The notes: generated from the letters alone by a model not told the origin. A DNA stretch of 64,000 bases from Flammeovirgaceae bacterium UBA2338 (GCA_002344795.1 DDUM01000054.1:66062-130061), one strand, 5' to 3'. Shown: positions 28,528 to 38,392, counted from the first letter of the stretch. Program-made: numbers and translations.

Positions 28528-29514
28528 CTAAGCCAGTGGAGTGAGGTATGCTGTTTTTGGAGTCCGTAAGGCTTCTCTCACCCATCGTCCCCTTTCTTCC
28601 GCAATTCTCCTTACTTCCAGCCTTTCTTTATTGCAGGGGCCATCGCCATTGATTACCCGTTTGAATTCTTCCCAGTCTGGTTCTGTATACATCCATCTTC
28701 CGGTCTCCGTATCTTTTTTAAGATTGGGGTCAGGAATGGTGAAGCCAAGTTCCCAAATTTTGGGCACGTACATGTCCAAAAATTGGTTTCTCATATCATC
28801 ATTGGAACCCATTTTTACCTTCCACTTCATGAGTATTTCAGTGTGCACAGAAATTTTATCAGATGGCCCGAAGAAATGCATCATAGGTGGCCACCAGCGA
28901 TTGAGCGCTTCCTGAAACATGTCTCTTTGTTTTTGAGTGCCAGAAGCAAGATAGATGACGCAATGATGTCCATATTTTAAATGGAATGATTCCTCTGCAC
29001 AAATTCTATCAAGAGCCCTGCAATAAGGGCCATAGCTTCCCTTGGCATTCGCCAGCTGGTTAACAATTGCTCCGGCATCGACCAGCCAGGAAATGAAACA
29101 ACAATCTGCCCAGGTAAAGGTGGGATAATTAAAAATGTTCGAATACTTGGACCTTCCGTTAATGAGGTCGTCTATCATTTCTTCACGCGACTTTCCCAAA
29201 GTTTCTGCAGCACTGTACAAAAGTTGACCGTGCCCCACCTCATCCTGCACTTTTGCCATTAAGGCCATTTTGCGCTTAAACCCAGGTGCCCTGGTAATCC
29301 AGGTCCCTTCCGGGAGGGCACCAATAATTTCGCTATGCGCATGCTGTTCAATCATTCTGATAAGCTGCTTTCTGTATAGCTTGGGCATCCAGTCTGAGGG
29401 CTCAATTTTTTCACCTCTGTCAATTCGCGCTTCGAATTCAGCTAATTGGATTGGATCTTCACCAGTATGCTCGTCAGGTTTTATTCCTTCGAATGTATTT
29501 CCGCCTCCGTACAT
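28528..29514 (-). CDS. paaA: Phenylacetyl-CoA epoxidase catalytic subunit A
   Basis: [50 protein letters not shown]. Confidence 0.95.
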   Translation of the reverse strand: MYGGGNTFEGIKPDEHTGEDPIQLAEFEARIDRGEKIEPSDWMPKLYRKQLIRMIEQHAHSEIIGALPEGTWITRAPGFKRKMALMAKVQDEVGHGQLLYSAAETLGKSREEMIDDLINGRSKYSNIFNYPTFTWADCCFISWLVDAGAIVNQLANAKGSYGPYCRALDRICAEESFHLKYGHHCVIYLASGTQKQRDMFQEALNRWWPPMMHFFGPSDKISVHTEILMKWKVKMGSNDDMRNQFLDMYVPKIWELGFTIPDPNLKKDTETGRWMYTEPDWEEFKRVINGDGPCNKERLEVRRIAEERGRWVREALRTPKTAYLTPLA

Positions 29515-29570
29515 AGGATATTATTTTTAAGTAAAAATAAAGTAAAATACGCCTAGATAATAGTTTTTAA

Positions 29571-29584
29571 CTAACATCTGTTAG
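29571..29584. promoter_or_regulatory. Palindromic operator CTAAC-ATCT-GTTAG upstream of paaA (PaaR-type)
   Basis: Perfect 5-4-5 inverted repeat between the TetR gene and paaA. Confidence 0.7.
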
Positions 29585-29609
29585 CCGTATTAACAATACA
29601 ACAGGGATA

Positions 29610-30203
29610 TCAGGCCTTTTGTTTCTTTAGGCCGTTGACGAGCATGTCGGAGAGTTGCTGACCAATATTGACTGAATCAATTTTTCCATCTGGATTGTAC
29701 CATTGCGGCATCCAATTGAGAGACGAAAAGAGAGTCATTACCGAAAGTTTGGTATCAATATTCTCTTTGAATTCACCGTTTTTGGTTCCTTCTTCTATTA
29801 TTGCTTTGAAGCGATTGATGTAATTGATGCGCAGAAGAAGAAAATCTCTCAGAAAAGGGCCACTCAGGTGTCGATGTTCATTCATGAACACAGCTGATGC
29901 CGTAAGGTCTTTGGCCATTACGCTTATATGGCCAATAATCCCCAGCCTTAGTTTTTCACTGGCAGAGACATTTTGCTTTTCCACATCTTCAAGGGACTTT
30001 CTGAATTCTGCCGCCATGTCAAAGCAGAGACTCCTCAGAATTTCTTCCTTAGATTTAATGTGTGAGTATAAACTCGCGGCTTCAATTCCAAGCTTTTGTG
30101 CTAAATCTCGCATGGAGGATGCCGCATAACCTTTTTCTCTGAACAATTCTGCCGCCATGCGGATGACCTGTTCTTTACGCGATAAATTCATTACAGCTTC
30201 CAT
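29610..30203 (-). CDS. TetR/AcrR regulator (PaaR/KstR2-like)
   Basis: AAELFREKGYAASSMRDLA..GIEAASLYSHIKSKEEI; C-terminal SSLNWMPQWYNPDG. Confidence 0.9.
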   Translation of the reverse strand: MEAVMNLSRKEQVIRMAAELFREKGYAASSMRDLAQKLGIEAASLYSHIKSKEEILRSLCFDMAAEFRKSLEDVEKQNVSASEKLRLGIIGHISVMAKDLTASAVFMNEHRHLSGPFLRDFLLLRINYINRFKAIIEEGTKNGEFKENIDTKLSVMTLFSSLNWMPQWYNPDGKIDSVNIGQQLSDMLVNGLKKQKA

Positions 30204-30230
30204 ATCAATCTACACCCGAAGATAATTAAT

Positions 30231-30238
30231 TAAATTTG
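30231..30238 (+). promoter_or_regulatory. -7 element TAAATTTG (divergent TATCTTCG variant on the minus strand at 30217-30224)
   Basis: Both lie in the 52-bp divergent gap, about 15 nt before each start. Confidence 0.5.
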
Positions 30239-30255
30239 ATAAAAGTTGAACTCTC

Positions 30256-30750
30256 ATGAAATTCAGTTCTATCAAAGAATATTTCTATAAGCTTAATAAC
30301 CTTTGCTACGTGATTACATTAATTCCTTTAGGGTTATTTATCTTTCTCTATTTGAAAATGCAAGAAGGAAAAATTTATGCCATCATTCAAGAGCAGCAAT
30401 ACCTATTGATTACACAAATTGCAGTTTTCGTTTTATGCGCTGTTATCCTAACGATCGTTCACTTGGGAGTAAAGAAAAAAATGAAGACCTATTCCCGCGA
30501 ATTGGGGCTGGGTAACAAGATGACAAAGTATTTTTATTTGTCTCTAAATAGAATAGCCTTAGGAGCTTTTACCTCTGTGCTGGTGGCTGCCGGGCTTTTG
30601 ATTACAGGAAGTGAAATATTCAGCGTTTACTTTTTGGGAATACTATTATGGATGGCTTACCAGTGGCCAACGCCAAAAAAAATGTGTGCTGAGTTGCAGC
30701 TGAAGGGGGATGAAAGGGAGATGATATTATATAAAAGAGAGTCCCTCTGA
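30256..30750 (+). CDS. Hypothetical four-helix membrane protein
   Basis: Four hydrophobic segments, C-terminal QWPT; clean ORF with promoter and terminator. Confidence 0.7.
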   Translation: MKFSSIKEYFYKLNNLCYVITLIPLGLFIFLYLKMQEGKIYAIIQEQQYLLITQIAVFVLCAVILTIVHLGVKKKMKTYSRELGLGNKMTKYFYLSLNRIALGAFTSVLVAAGLLITGSEIFSVYFLGILLWMAYQWPTPKKMCAELQLKGDEREMILYKRESL

Positions 30751-30767
30751 ACAGAGGAACTCTCTTT
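30734..30767. terminator. Bidirectional terminator hairpin between convergent genes
   Basis: AAAGAGAGT-c-CCTCTG / CAGAGG-a-ACTCTCTTT. Confidence 0.7.
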
Positions 30768-30792
30768 AAAAATTTGATATTTAATTATTTTG

Positions 30793-31869
30793 CTAAAAGG
30801 TGACTCCAAAACTAAAGGCATTTAAAGCAGGGCCTTTTCCTTCACTAAACAATTCATTCATATCGTAATTGAAGAACAAGTCGACATCATTAAATCCTAT
30901 CTGAAGGCGAGTTCCATAGCGAATGTTTTCAAGGAAATAATTGTCGTGGTTGCGCTCTCTTTTCTTATCTCCGCTTTCCTCAAATACCTGCTTGGTGTAA
31001 CTGTCTATGCGATAACCTGCATATGGGCCGACACCTATTCTGAAAGAGTTGGCACCGCGACTGTCAAATAGCATCGGTTTTCTTCGGTTGCCTCCAAAAT
31101 CAATGACAGGAATAAATGAAGCGTTGACATATGAGGCAGTAAGCTTACTTTTTTTATAGTTCAGGTCTCGCAGATCGGTTGAAAAGGTAACACCTGCATC
31201 GTCTTTGGTCATGATGGTTCGCTGATCTTCAAATTTGAAATTGTACCAACTTACTCCCACACCCCATTCCAGAAAGAATTTTCTTGCTAACCGTGTCCTT
31301 TGAATAGAATTGATACCTACATACCATGAACCGAATGGTTTGACTGTATAGAGGTCGTTGTTACTGTCTGGAAATTTACCATCAGTGAGTAAGTTATTTG
31401 TTCCAATATCAAAATTAATTGAAGATGTAGTCCGTCTGCCTCTGTAACTCCTATTCCTATGTTGCTCATTATTTCTGTAAGAGCGATCATTGCCTTCATA
31501 GGTTATCCATTCACTGTCATCGTTTCCATAGGTTCTGTTGGAGTCTTCATCCTCTGGCCACTCATAGGTGATTTCATCATCGTTATCATTGGTAACTGAG
31601 GGCTCAAGGTCATTGTCCAATAGATAGTCGGAAGGAGGAGTTGCTACATTCGACCTGTCTTCATTTTCCAGCTTTGTGATCATGTCATTCATCAAAGCCT
31701 GAAAGTCGTAGTACTTAAGCGTTTGTAGGTCATTCTTATGTATAGCAAAGATCACTTTACTGGATTCTCCTATTTTGATTACTACAGAATCTGGTGCAGA
31801 AGTTTGTGAAAATGCAAATGGGCTCATTCCTCCAATTATCAACAACAATACTATTATTTTCTTATTCAT
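30793..31869 (-). CDS. Outer-membrane beta-barrel protein with acidic low-complexity linker
   Basis: Signal peptide from ATG 31869; YKKSKLTASY..IP, GPYAGYRI, ends GVTF. Confidence 0.75.
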   Translation of the reverse strand: MNKKIIVLLLIIGGMSPFAFSQTSAPDSVVIKIGESSKVIFAIHKNDLQTLKYYDFQALMNDMITKLENEDRSNVATPPSDYLLDNDLEPSVTNDNDDEITYEWPEDEDSNRTYGNDDSEWITYEGNDRSYRNNEQHRNRSYRGRRTTSSINFDIGTNNLLTDGKFPDSNNDLYTVKPFGSWYVGINSIQRTRLARKFFLEWGVGVSWYNFKFEDQRTIMTKDDAGVTFSTDLRDLNYKKSKLTASYVNASFIPVIDFGGNRRKPMLFDSRGANSFRIGVGPYAGYRIDSYTKQVFEESGDKKRERNHDNYFLENIRYGTRLQIGFNDVDLFFNYDMNELFSEGKGPALNAFSFGVTF

Positions 31870-31873
31870 ATTC

Positions 31874-32596
31874 TTATCTGTTATTCTTCTTGTCTTCTTT
31901 TTTAAAGTTGAGGGCAAAGAGATCTTCTTTGGCCTGGCGCAATCCACTGAGTGTACTTTCGCCTGTTCTTATATTGTTAGCAACATCAAGCACTTTTTGA
32001 AGTCCATTTTTCCTTTCAAAAGGCTGATCTATTTCTGGCACCTGTGAAGCCTTTTTGGTATATGATTTTAATTCATACACAATTATAATAGGCTTCGTTG
32101 TGGCTTCAATAGTAGTTGCTTCAATATCAGGATCACCTTGAAACGGATTACTATCCATCAGAGCTACCGACTCATTAGGTTCAGTTATCAAGTCTATACC
32201 TGGTTGCTCCATGTTTTCATTTTTATGTTTTTCGTTGTTCTGTGCAACCGGTGTTTTCGTTTTTTGAGCAGGAGTGATGGGAGTCTGTGCTGTTTTATTT
32301 TCCCCAAGATTTTTTGGTTCATCTACTTCCTTTTGAACAACCACAGGTTCTTTTGTTTTTAACTCGTTAGTTGTTACTTCTGCGATTTTTGCCGAAGTGT
32401 TGTCATTAGTATTATTATATAACCAGAATGCTGAAACCAAAAGCAAAAGTGCAGCGGCAGCCCTAAACCAGATTACTGCTTTATTTTTTTTTGAAGCACT
32501 TGAAGAAATTTTTACCCAGGCACCTGGTGAGGGCTCCACAGTATGGGACTCAAGTTTTTTCTTGAATAAATTGTCTATTTGATTACTCATAACCAT
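31874..32596 (-). CDS. Putative anti-sigma membrane protein
   Basis: IDNLFKKKLE..VEPSPGAW, one TM helix, overlaps the ECF sigma stop. Confidence 0.65.
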   Translation of the reverse strand: MVMSNQIDNLFKKKLESHTVEPSPGAWVKISSSASKKNKAVIWFRAAAALLLLVSAFWLYNNTNDNTSAKIAEVTTNELKTKEPVVVQKEVDEPKNLGENKTAQTPITPAQKTKTPVAQNNEKHKNENMEQPGIDLITEPNESVALMDSNPFQGDPDIEATTIEATTKPIIIVYELKSYTKKASQVPEIDQPFERKNGLQKVLDVANNIRTGESTLSGLRQAKEDLFALNFKKEDKKNNR

Positions 32597-33164
32597 TTGA
32601 TTTTTTTGTCTCCACTTCCTTTTCCAACGCGTTCAATTTCTTTTTCAACAATACCCTGGCTCTGCTCAACTGAGATTTAGACGTGTTCTCACTTATCTCC
32701 AGTTGCTCAGCAATTTCTTTATGTGTGTACCCATCGATGGCATACAGGTTAAATACCATGCGATAACCTGTTGGAAGTTCTCCAACCATTCTTAATAAAT
32801 CATCCGCCTCCAAATGATTTTCCAATTGACCAAAGTCTGGATTTTTATCTACTGCCTCTATTTCTGTTTCCAGATACATGTTTTTGTTTCTTCTTAAATA
32901 AGTCAGTGATTCGTTAACAACAATTCTTCGCAACCAACCTTCAAAACTTCCCTCTGCTTTAAACTGATCAATTCTTTCGAACACTTTTGTAAAAGCAACC
33001 ACCAGTACATCTTCCGCTTCCATTTTTGATGGTACGTACCGACAGCATAAGGCATACATCTTTCCTGAATATTGTGCATACAAGGACTCCTGGGCACGCG
33101 AATCCTGCCTTTTGCATCCTTCAATCCACTCAGTTTCTTTAGCGCTGTAAATCTGGAGTCCCAT
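32583..33164 (-). CDS. ECF RNA polymerase sigma-70 factor
   Basis: EAEDVL...F.KVF, SFEGWLRRIVVN, LPTGYRMVFNL...YTHKEIA, TSKSQLSRA. Confidence 0.93.
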   Translation of the reverse strand: MGLQIYSAKETEWIEGCKRQDSRAQESLYAQYSGKMYALCCRYVPSKMEAEDVLVVAFTKVFERIDQFKAEGSFEGWLRRIVVNESLTYLRRNKNMYLETEIEAVDKNPDFGQLENHLEADDLLRMVGELPTGYRMVFNLYAIDGYTHKEIAEQLEISENTSKSQLSRARVLLKKKLNALEKEVETKKSNGYE

Positions 33165-33182
33165 TTAAAGTGTTTCAATAGC

Positions 33183-33213
33183 AAGATGCTGAACCTCACC
33201 CTGAGGTTGCATC
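33183..33213 (-). promoter_or_regulatory. Candidate autoregulated ECF promoter TGCAACC-N16-CATCTT embedded in a hairpin
   Basis: Minus strand -35 at 33205-33211 and -10 at 33183-33188; GATGC/AACCTCA arms pair across 33185-33213. Confidence 0.5.
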
Positions 33214-33228
33214 CGCTCAATATTTATT

Positions 33229-33672
33229 TTAGTAGGTAGCCTGATAATTGATGGTAATCGGTAGCCATGCAAACTCTTTTTCCTTTATAATGATGGGGTT
33301 GATGGAGTTGTTTTGATCAAAACGATTGGCATATAGTCCGTTATCCTCCTTTACAAAAATGCTGTATTCTCCCGCTGGTAGGTGTAATGTAAAGGTACCG
33401 TCTTCCTGGGTGGTTACTATGGTTACGAGTTTGGTTTTGATACCTGAAAAAAACCCATCAGAAGACATGGTGACCTCCTTAATTGTTGTGAGTTCATAAA
33501 CATGCAATTCTCGCTGTACCCCATAATTGGATGATTTCTTTGAACCGGGCCCTGGCATTTGATTTCCAGATGCCCAAAGCACTTGCCCTTTTATTCCTTG
33601 CCTGGGTTGCATGGAAGAACAGGCTGAAAGTAGGATGATAAGAAGGATTAAGAATTCCCTCATAACTTTCAA
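33229..33672 (-). CDS. Lipoprotein with carboxypeptidase-regulatory/transthyretin-like beta domain
   Basis: Lipobox LSAC; GIKGQ...DGTF..LPAGEYSIFV; paralogue of 33713-34138. Confidence 0.7.
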   Translation of the reverse strand: MKVMREFLILLIILLSACSSMQPRQGIKGQVLWASGNQMPGPGSKKSSNYGVQRELHVYELTTIKEVTMSSDGFFSGIKTKLVTIVTTQEDGTFTLHLPAGEYSIFVKEDNGLYANRFDQNNSINPIIIKEKEFAWLPITINYQATY

Positions 33673-33712
33673 TTTACTACATTATTGAGTGAATAACAAT
33701 GTAGAAATTTTG

Positions 33713-34138
33713 TCAGCGGTGGGAGGAATAGTTGATGGTAATCGTAATCCATTCACTTTTGTTTTGCCCTAATGACACCGGGCTTAGATTGTCAGTTGCA
33801 TCTTGTAAGTTACCATAGAATCCATTTTGATAGCGTACAAATACGGAGTACCTACCAGCAGGAAGTTTGGATTTGAAAGAACCATCCCACTTACAAAAAA
33901 ATCGATCCACCACCGGAGTGTAAATTTTTGTAATGATTCCGTCAACGATGTCAACTTCAGCGGTTGATGTCAATTCATGCACAAATACTTCGAGAGGAAT
34001 GCCATTATAGGCGACAGTTTGAGACGCCTTAATGCTTTCAGGAGTAGACCAATAAAGTTGGCCTTTAATTCCAAATCGTTGCGCTTGCAAATGGGATAGT
34101 GAGATCAACCAGAAAGCAAGGGTTATCATCTTTTTCAT
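33713..34138 (-). CDS. Exported paralogue of the 33229-33672 protein
   Basis: Signal peptide; GIKGQ...DGSF..LPAGRYSVFV...ITINY. Confidence 0.7.
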   Translation of the reverse strand: MKKMITLAFWLISLSHLQAQRFGIKGQLYWSTPESIKASQTVAYNGIPLEVFVHELTSTAEVDIVDGIITKIYTPVVDRFFCKWDGSFKSKLPAGRYSVFVRYQNGFYGNLQDATDNLSPVSLGQNKSEWITITINYSSHR

Positions 34139-35538
34139 ATGGAGGTGAACAACTCAAATGATTCAAGGTATTCGGGTACGATACAATTCCAATTATAGGT
34201 TGATTTTATTTTATCTTGTAATGCCTCCGCGGCATGGACTTCCCCATGTATTATAAAAGTCATCTTTGGCGATGATTCAAAGTTGGAAATCCATTGCATT
34301 AATTCCTCCTGGTCTGCATGAGCGGAAAGACCTCTTACCTCCATAACGGAACATTTTACAGGTACCTCTATTCCAAAAATCCTTACGGATTCGCTGCCAT
34401 CTAAAATATCTCTGCCTCTTGTTCCTTCTGCCTGATACCCTACAAATAAAAGCGTATCATTTTTATTGGGTAAACGGTGGTAGAGATGATGCAATATCCT
34501 GCCACCAGTACACATGCCGCTGGCTGAGATGATGATTCCAGGTTCCCTTCGATCGTTAAGTTCTCTTGAGCTATCTGCTGAGTTACAAAAATGAATATTG
34601 GCTGAATCGAAAATACTGAGTAATGTTCCTTTTTTATTTTGAACGTTAAGTTTGTGCGTACTACTGTGTTTTTCGTATAAATTAGTTACGCTGATAGCCA
34701 TTGGACTATCCATAAAAACAGGGAGGTCAGGTATTCTGTTAGAGGTAATGAGTTTGTTCAAATAGAGTAAAAGATTTTGGGTTCGCCCAACAGCAAATGC
34801 GGGAATAATTACGGATCCTCTTTTATCATATGTATAATTAATTGCTTCAGCGAGATCTCGCTCTATCTCCTCGATTGGGTTGACTCTGTCTCCGTAGGTA
34901 GATTCAATAAATAATATATCAGCATTTTTTATTACAGAAGGAGCATACATCAGCGGATCATTGTTTCGGCCGAGATCTCCTGAGAACACAATTTTTTTCT
35001 TTTGCTCGTTTCCCTGCAAGTTAATTTCAACAATGGCTGCGCCCAGTATGTGTCCTGCATTATAAAATTTGGTGCTGATCCCTTCTGCCAAGTCTACTTC
35101 TTGCTCCAGAGGATAAGACTCCACCATTTCTAGTACTTTCCTTGCGTCTTCAACTCCAAACAAAGGCTGAGGTTTGCTGTGCTGCGAATAACCTTTCTTA
35201 TAAGCAAACTGGGCCTCCTCCTCCTGCAGCTTGCCGGCATCCAACAGTAGAATTTTCATCAGGTCTTCTGTAGCATGGGTGCAAATGATTTTACCTCCGT
35301 ACCCATCTTTCACCAACCGGGGCAGATAGCCGGTGTGATCAATATGGGCATGCGTAATCACCACCATATCAATTAGAGATGGGTCTATGGGTAGTTCATT
35401 CCAGTTTCTAAGTCGAAGTTCTTTCTTGCCTTGAAACATACCACAATCGACAAGTATTTTTTTATCATCTATTTCTAATAAATATTTGGAGCCCGTTACA
35501 CTTTTAGCTCCTCCAAGAAATTTTACACGTACATCCAT
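34135..35538 (-). CDS. MBL-fold beta-CASP ribonuclease-like hydrolase
   Basis: VDCGMFQG, THAHIDH, AGHILG, FSGDLG, ESTYG, PAFAVGR, LSAHADQ; start set at ATG 35538. Confidence 0.9.
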   Translation of the reverse strand: MDVRVKFLGGAKSVTGSKYLLEIDDKKILVDCGMFQGKKELRLRNWNELPIDPSLIDMVVITHAHIDHTGYLPRLVKDGYGGKIICTHATEDLMKILLLDAGKLQEEEAQFAYKKGYSQHSKPQPLFGVEDARKVLEMVESYPLEQEVDLAEGISTKFYNAGHILGAAIVEINLQGNEQKKKIVFSGDLGRNNDPLMYAPSVIKNADILFIESTYGDRVNPIEEIERDLAEAINYTYDKRGSVIIPAFAVGRTQNLLLYLNKLITSNRIPDLPVFMDSPMAISVTNLYEKHSSTHKLNVQNKKGTLLSIFDSANIHFCNSADSSRELNDRREPGIIISASGMCTGGRILHHLYHRLPNKNDTLLFVGYQAEGTRGRDILDGSESVRIFGIEVPVKCSVMEVRGLSAHADQEELMQWISNFESSPKMTFIIHGEVHAAEALQDKIKSTYNWNCIVPEYLESFELFTSI

Positions 35539-35586
35539 CACATTTACTTTGTTGTCAGTAAAGGAGCGCATTCTTTTAGAAATATA

Positions 35587-35607
35587 AAAGGGGCTTTACG
35601 CCCCTTT
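35587..35607 (-). terminator. Intrinsic terminator after the pspC gene
   Basis: AAAGGGGC / GCCCCTTT stem with T-rich tail on the minus strand. Confidence 0.75.
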
Positions 35608-35627
35608 CAATTTCATTTATCAACTGC

Positions 35628-38012
35628 TTACCTGTTTTTAATTACCCTGGCATCTCCTCTGTGCGACACATTGCTGGCAAAGCTCTGATTAATCTCCAGT
35701 GACTCATTGACATACACCTTTGCGGAAGAGGCTCCATTTGCGTCTATTATAGCACGATCTACTTCATACTGATAAGCACGTAACCCAGAAGCACCCGTTA
35801 TTTTAGCTTCCATAAAGGTACCTCTGCCTTCCAGATCTAGAAATGAGGCTCCGGTAATATCTATGTCGAGGGTACTCACATCTAATCTACCATCCGCAAC
35901 AACAGCTCCTGTTAGTTTTATTTCTACATCGCTTTCCTTAAAGTTTCTGAATTTTAATTTTCCCGCTCCCTTTACATCCAAGTCCCTTAAATGTGGCATA
36001 GTAATGTTGATGGTAACCTTGTCATCTTCAAAAAGATTGTTTTTCCAAAAAAAACGCTCCTGATCATTGTCATAGTCAATTACTAGGGTTTTATTTTCTA
36101 TATATAAATCATAGTGCTGCTTTTGGCTATTCGATCCAACTAGCTCAACGGAATAATCATCACCTCTTTCAATTCTGATATCAAATAAGCCGCTAATTTC
36201 TACAGACTCGAAATTGGTAAGTTCGTTGTTACGGTAGATTTTTATTGAACTGCTTGATTTTTCGCAAGTAATGCATTCAAGTCCTGAGGTAGTCATTCTC
36301 CAGGTATCATCACTGTTATAATTGCGGTAGTAGTGGCCGCCATAGTTGTCAATTAAATCCCAAAGGTATTTGTCAATGACGATATCCTGATTGTAAGGCA
36401 CATACACATCAATATTAATACGCTGTGCACGGAAGGCCGCCTTGTCTTTAAAAGTAATATTGGAATCAAATGTATAAATACTGTCTTGCCTCAGAATCTG
36501 ATAGGTGACTGTTTCTGCATTTTCAATAGCTGCTTTGCGTGTTGGCCCTTGCGCTTCAAAACGTTTTACAATTCTTATATTGTTTTCATCCTGCCCAATT
36601 ATGCGAAGGGAACTTACATCGTAGTCTTCAAGACCCACTTCGTTGATTTTGAAAACTAAAGTTTTTCCGTCTACAGGGTACTGCTCCTCCTGCCTTACCG
36701 TCCCCTCCTCTCGGAAGGAGTAGATGGTTTGAGGTATTTTGAAACTGAGGATGGCCAGGCATATAAAGAATAAAACAAATAAGCTCCAGCCTACAATAGG
36801 TTTGAAAATGACACGCTTTACAATTACAGAAATGCCAAGTAGTGCTAGGAAAAGTGCTGGAACGAGAGCAGTCACAAATCCAGTAAGAAGTACCCAAAGA
36901 GGGAACGTATTTCTCATGGCTTCAATGGGTAACCCCAGTCCCTTTACGTCCATGTTCCACCAAAATGGTTCAGGCCCCATTGAGAACACCCCTAAAACTG
37001 CCCCTGCGGAGAAGAATAGGCTGAAAAGTAGGATGATTCCAATCATGGTAATAAGCACCCCAAAGCCTACTCGCAGAATCTCAACTGACATGGAGAAAAT
37101 TGGTCCCAATATTTTAGCCAGCCCATTGATAATCATTGCAATAAGACGGAAAGGGAACAAAATTATTTTTGCCAATACGCTTTCCTCTTCGTTGTCCTTT
37201 TCATTGAGTCCTTTCTTTACGGATGACTCTATGTTAGATAGTGTAACGGGTTCTCCCTGCATCTGCATTTTCTCTGTAATGGATTTAGCCTCTGGCAAGG
37301 CTATCCATAAGATGATGTAGGTTAAAAACCCAATACCACCAATTATTGTAAAAACCACAAAGAGAACTCTGACCAGGGTGATATCAATGCCAAAAAAAAC
37401 ACTGACCCCAGAGGCTACACCTCCAATTACCTTTTTCTCCGGATCCCTAAACATTTTCTTTACTTCTTCCTCTTCTTCCAACTCTGCTGATGCTGGTAGG
37501 AGAATCCAGAGAATGATGTAAACAAGTAGCAACCCTCCATAGCTACCTAGCACCAATAATGCAAACAACAGTCGTGGCCAAACGGGATCGATATTGAAGT
37601 AATGGGCTAAGCCAGCACAAACTCCACCCAGTATTTTCCTCTTCTGATCGCGGTATAACTTCTTCGAAGTTGTACCCTGACTTGAAGATCTCTTTTCTTT
37701 TTTTGTGGATTTTGTAGTTTGTGTACCACCAGCATTTTCCTGCTCTTCGGCTGCTTTAAAGTCGCTTACGCTTCCCATGGTGTGAATCAGTGAATTCACA
37801 TCATCTTTAGTAATGACTTGCTTTCCCTCACTTAATTTTGAGAGAAATAATTCGGCAATTCTACTTTCAATGTCTGCGAGAATTTCACTGTTATCTTCAA
37901 AAGAAGAGAAGTAAGCGTTGATGGAATCAAGGTATTTGCGGAGTATGTCATATCCGTCTTCTTCTATATGGAAGATGATTCCGCTAATATTGATGCTAAT
38001 ATTCTTTTTCAT
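35628..38012 (-). CDS. PspC-domain membrane protein: HAAS-like N-terminus, two PspC domains, C-terminal DUF2807/GIN beta-solenoid
   Basis: LRKYL...DIESRIAEL; LYRD..RKILGGVCAGLA and MFRD..KVIGGVASGVS; repeated GAGKL/GASFL/GASGL/GASSA. Confidence 0.88.
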   Translation of the reverse strand: MKKNISINISGIIFHIEEDGYDILRKYLDSINAYFSSFEDNSEILADIESRIAELFLSKLSEGKQVITKDDVNSLIHTMGSVSDFKAAEEQENAGGTQTTKSTKKEKRSSSQGTTSKKLYRDQKRKILGGVCAGLAHYFNIDPVWPRLLFALLVLGSYGGLLLVYIILWILLPASAELEEEEEVKKMFRDPEKKVIGGVASGVSVFFGIDITLVRVLFVVFTIIGGIGFLTYIILWIALPEAKSITEKMQMQGEPVTLSNIESSVKKGLNEKDNEEESVLAKIILFPFRLIAMIINGLAKILGPIFSMSVEILRVGFGVLITMIGIILLFSLFFSAGAVLGVFSMGPEPFWWNMDVKGLGLPIEAMRNTFPLWVLLTGFVTALVPALFLALLGISVIVKRVIFKPIVGWSLFVLFFICLAILSFKIPQTIYSFREEGTVRQEEQYPVDGKTLVFKINEVGLEDYDVSSLRIIGQDENNIRIVKRFEAQGPTRKAAIENAETVTYQILRQDSIYTFDSNITFKDKAAFRAQRINIDVYVPYNQDIVIDKYLWDLIDNYGGHYYRNYNSDDTWRMTTSGLECITCEKSSSSIKIYRNNELTNFESVEISGLFDIRIERGDDYSVELVGSNSQKQHYDLYIENKTLVIDYDNDQERFFWKNNLFEDDKVTINITMPHLRDLDVKGAGKLKFRNFKESDVEIKLTGAVVADGRLDVSTLDIDITGASFLDLEGRGTFMEAKITGASGLRAYQYEVDRAIIDANGASSAKVYVNESLEINQSFASNVSHRGDARVIKNR

Positions 38013-38018
38013 TTTAGG

Positions 38019-38351
38019 CTACTTTGAATTATTAGTGATCTTCTGAGTTGAAAGTACAAGGTCTTTCCATGTGTCGGAAAGCCCATCAAGAAAATTTTTT
38101 CCCATATTGGTGAGTGTGTAATATTTACGAGGTGGTCCAGACTTTGATTCCACCCATTTATACTCTAGTAGTCCAGCATTTTTGAGGCGGGTAAGAAGAG
38201 GGTACAGCGTTCCTTCAACGACTATCATTTTAGCTGCTGTCAATTCCTCAAGCATATCTGAAGCATAAACTTCACCTCTTGAGATAATGTGAAGAATGCA
38301 GTACTCCAATATCCCCTTCCTCATCTGAACTTGTGTGTTTTCCAGGTTCAT
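38019..38351 (-). CDS. PadR family transcriptional regulator
   Basis: QMRKGILEYCIL, EGTLYPLLTRL, GPPRKYYTLT; start set at ATG 38351. Confidence 0.92.
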   Translation of the reverse strand: MNLENTQVQMRKGILEYCILHIISRGEVYASDMLEELTAAKMIVVEGTLYPLLTRLKNAGLLEYKWVESKSGPPRKYYTLTNMGKNFLDGLSDTWKDLVLSTQKITNNSK

Positions 38352-38392
38352 ACATCCAATTTTAAATGACTCATACAACTGTATACGGAAAA

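Noticed and set aside
36739-37320. 193-aa plus-strand ORF
   Set aside because: Antisense to the membrane segment of the pspC gene; typical shadow ORF
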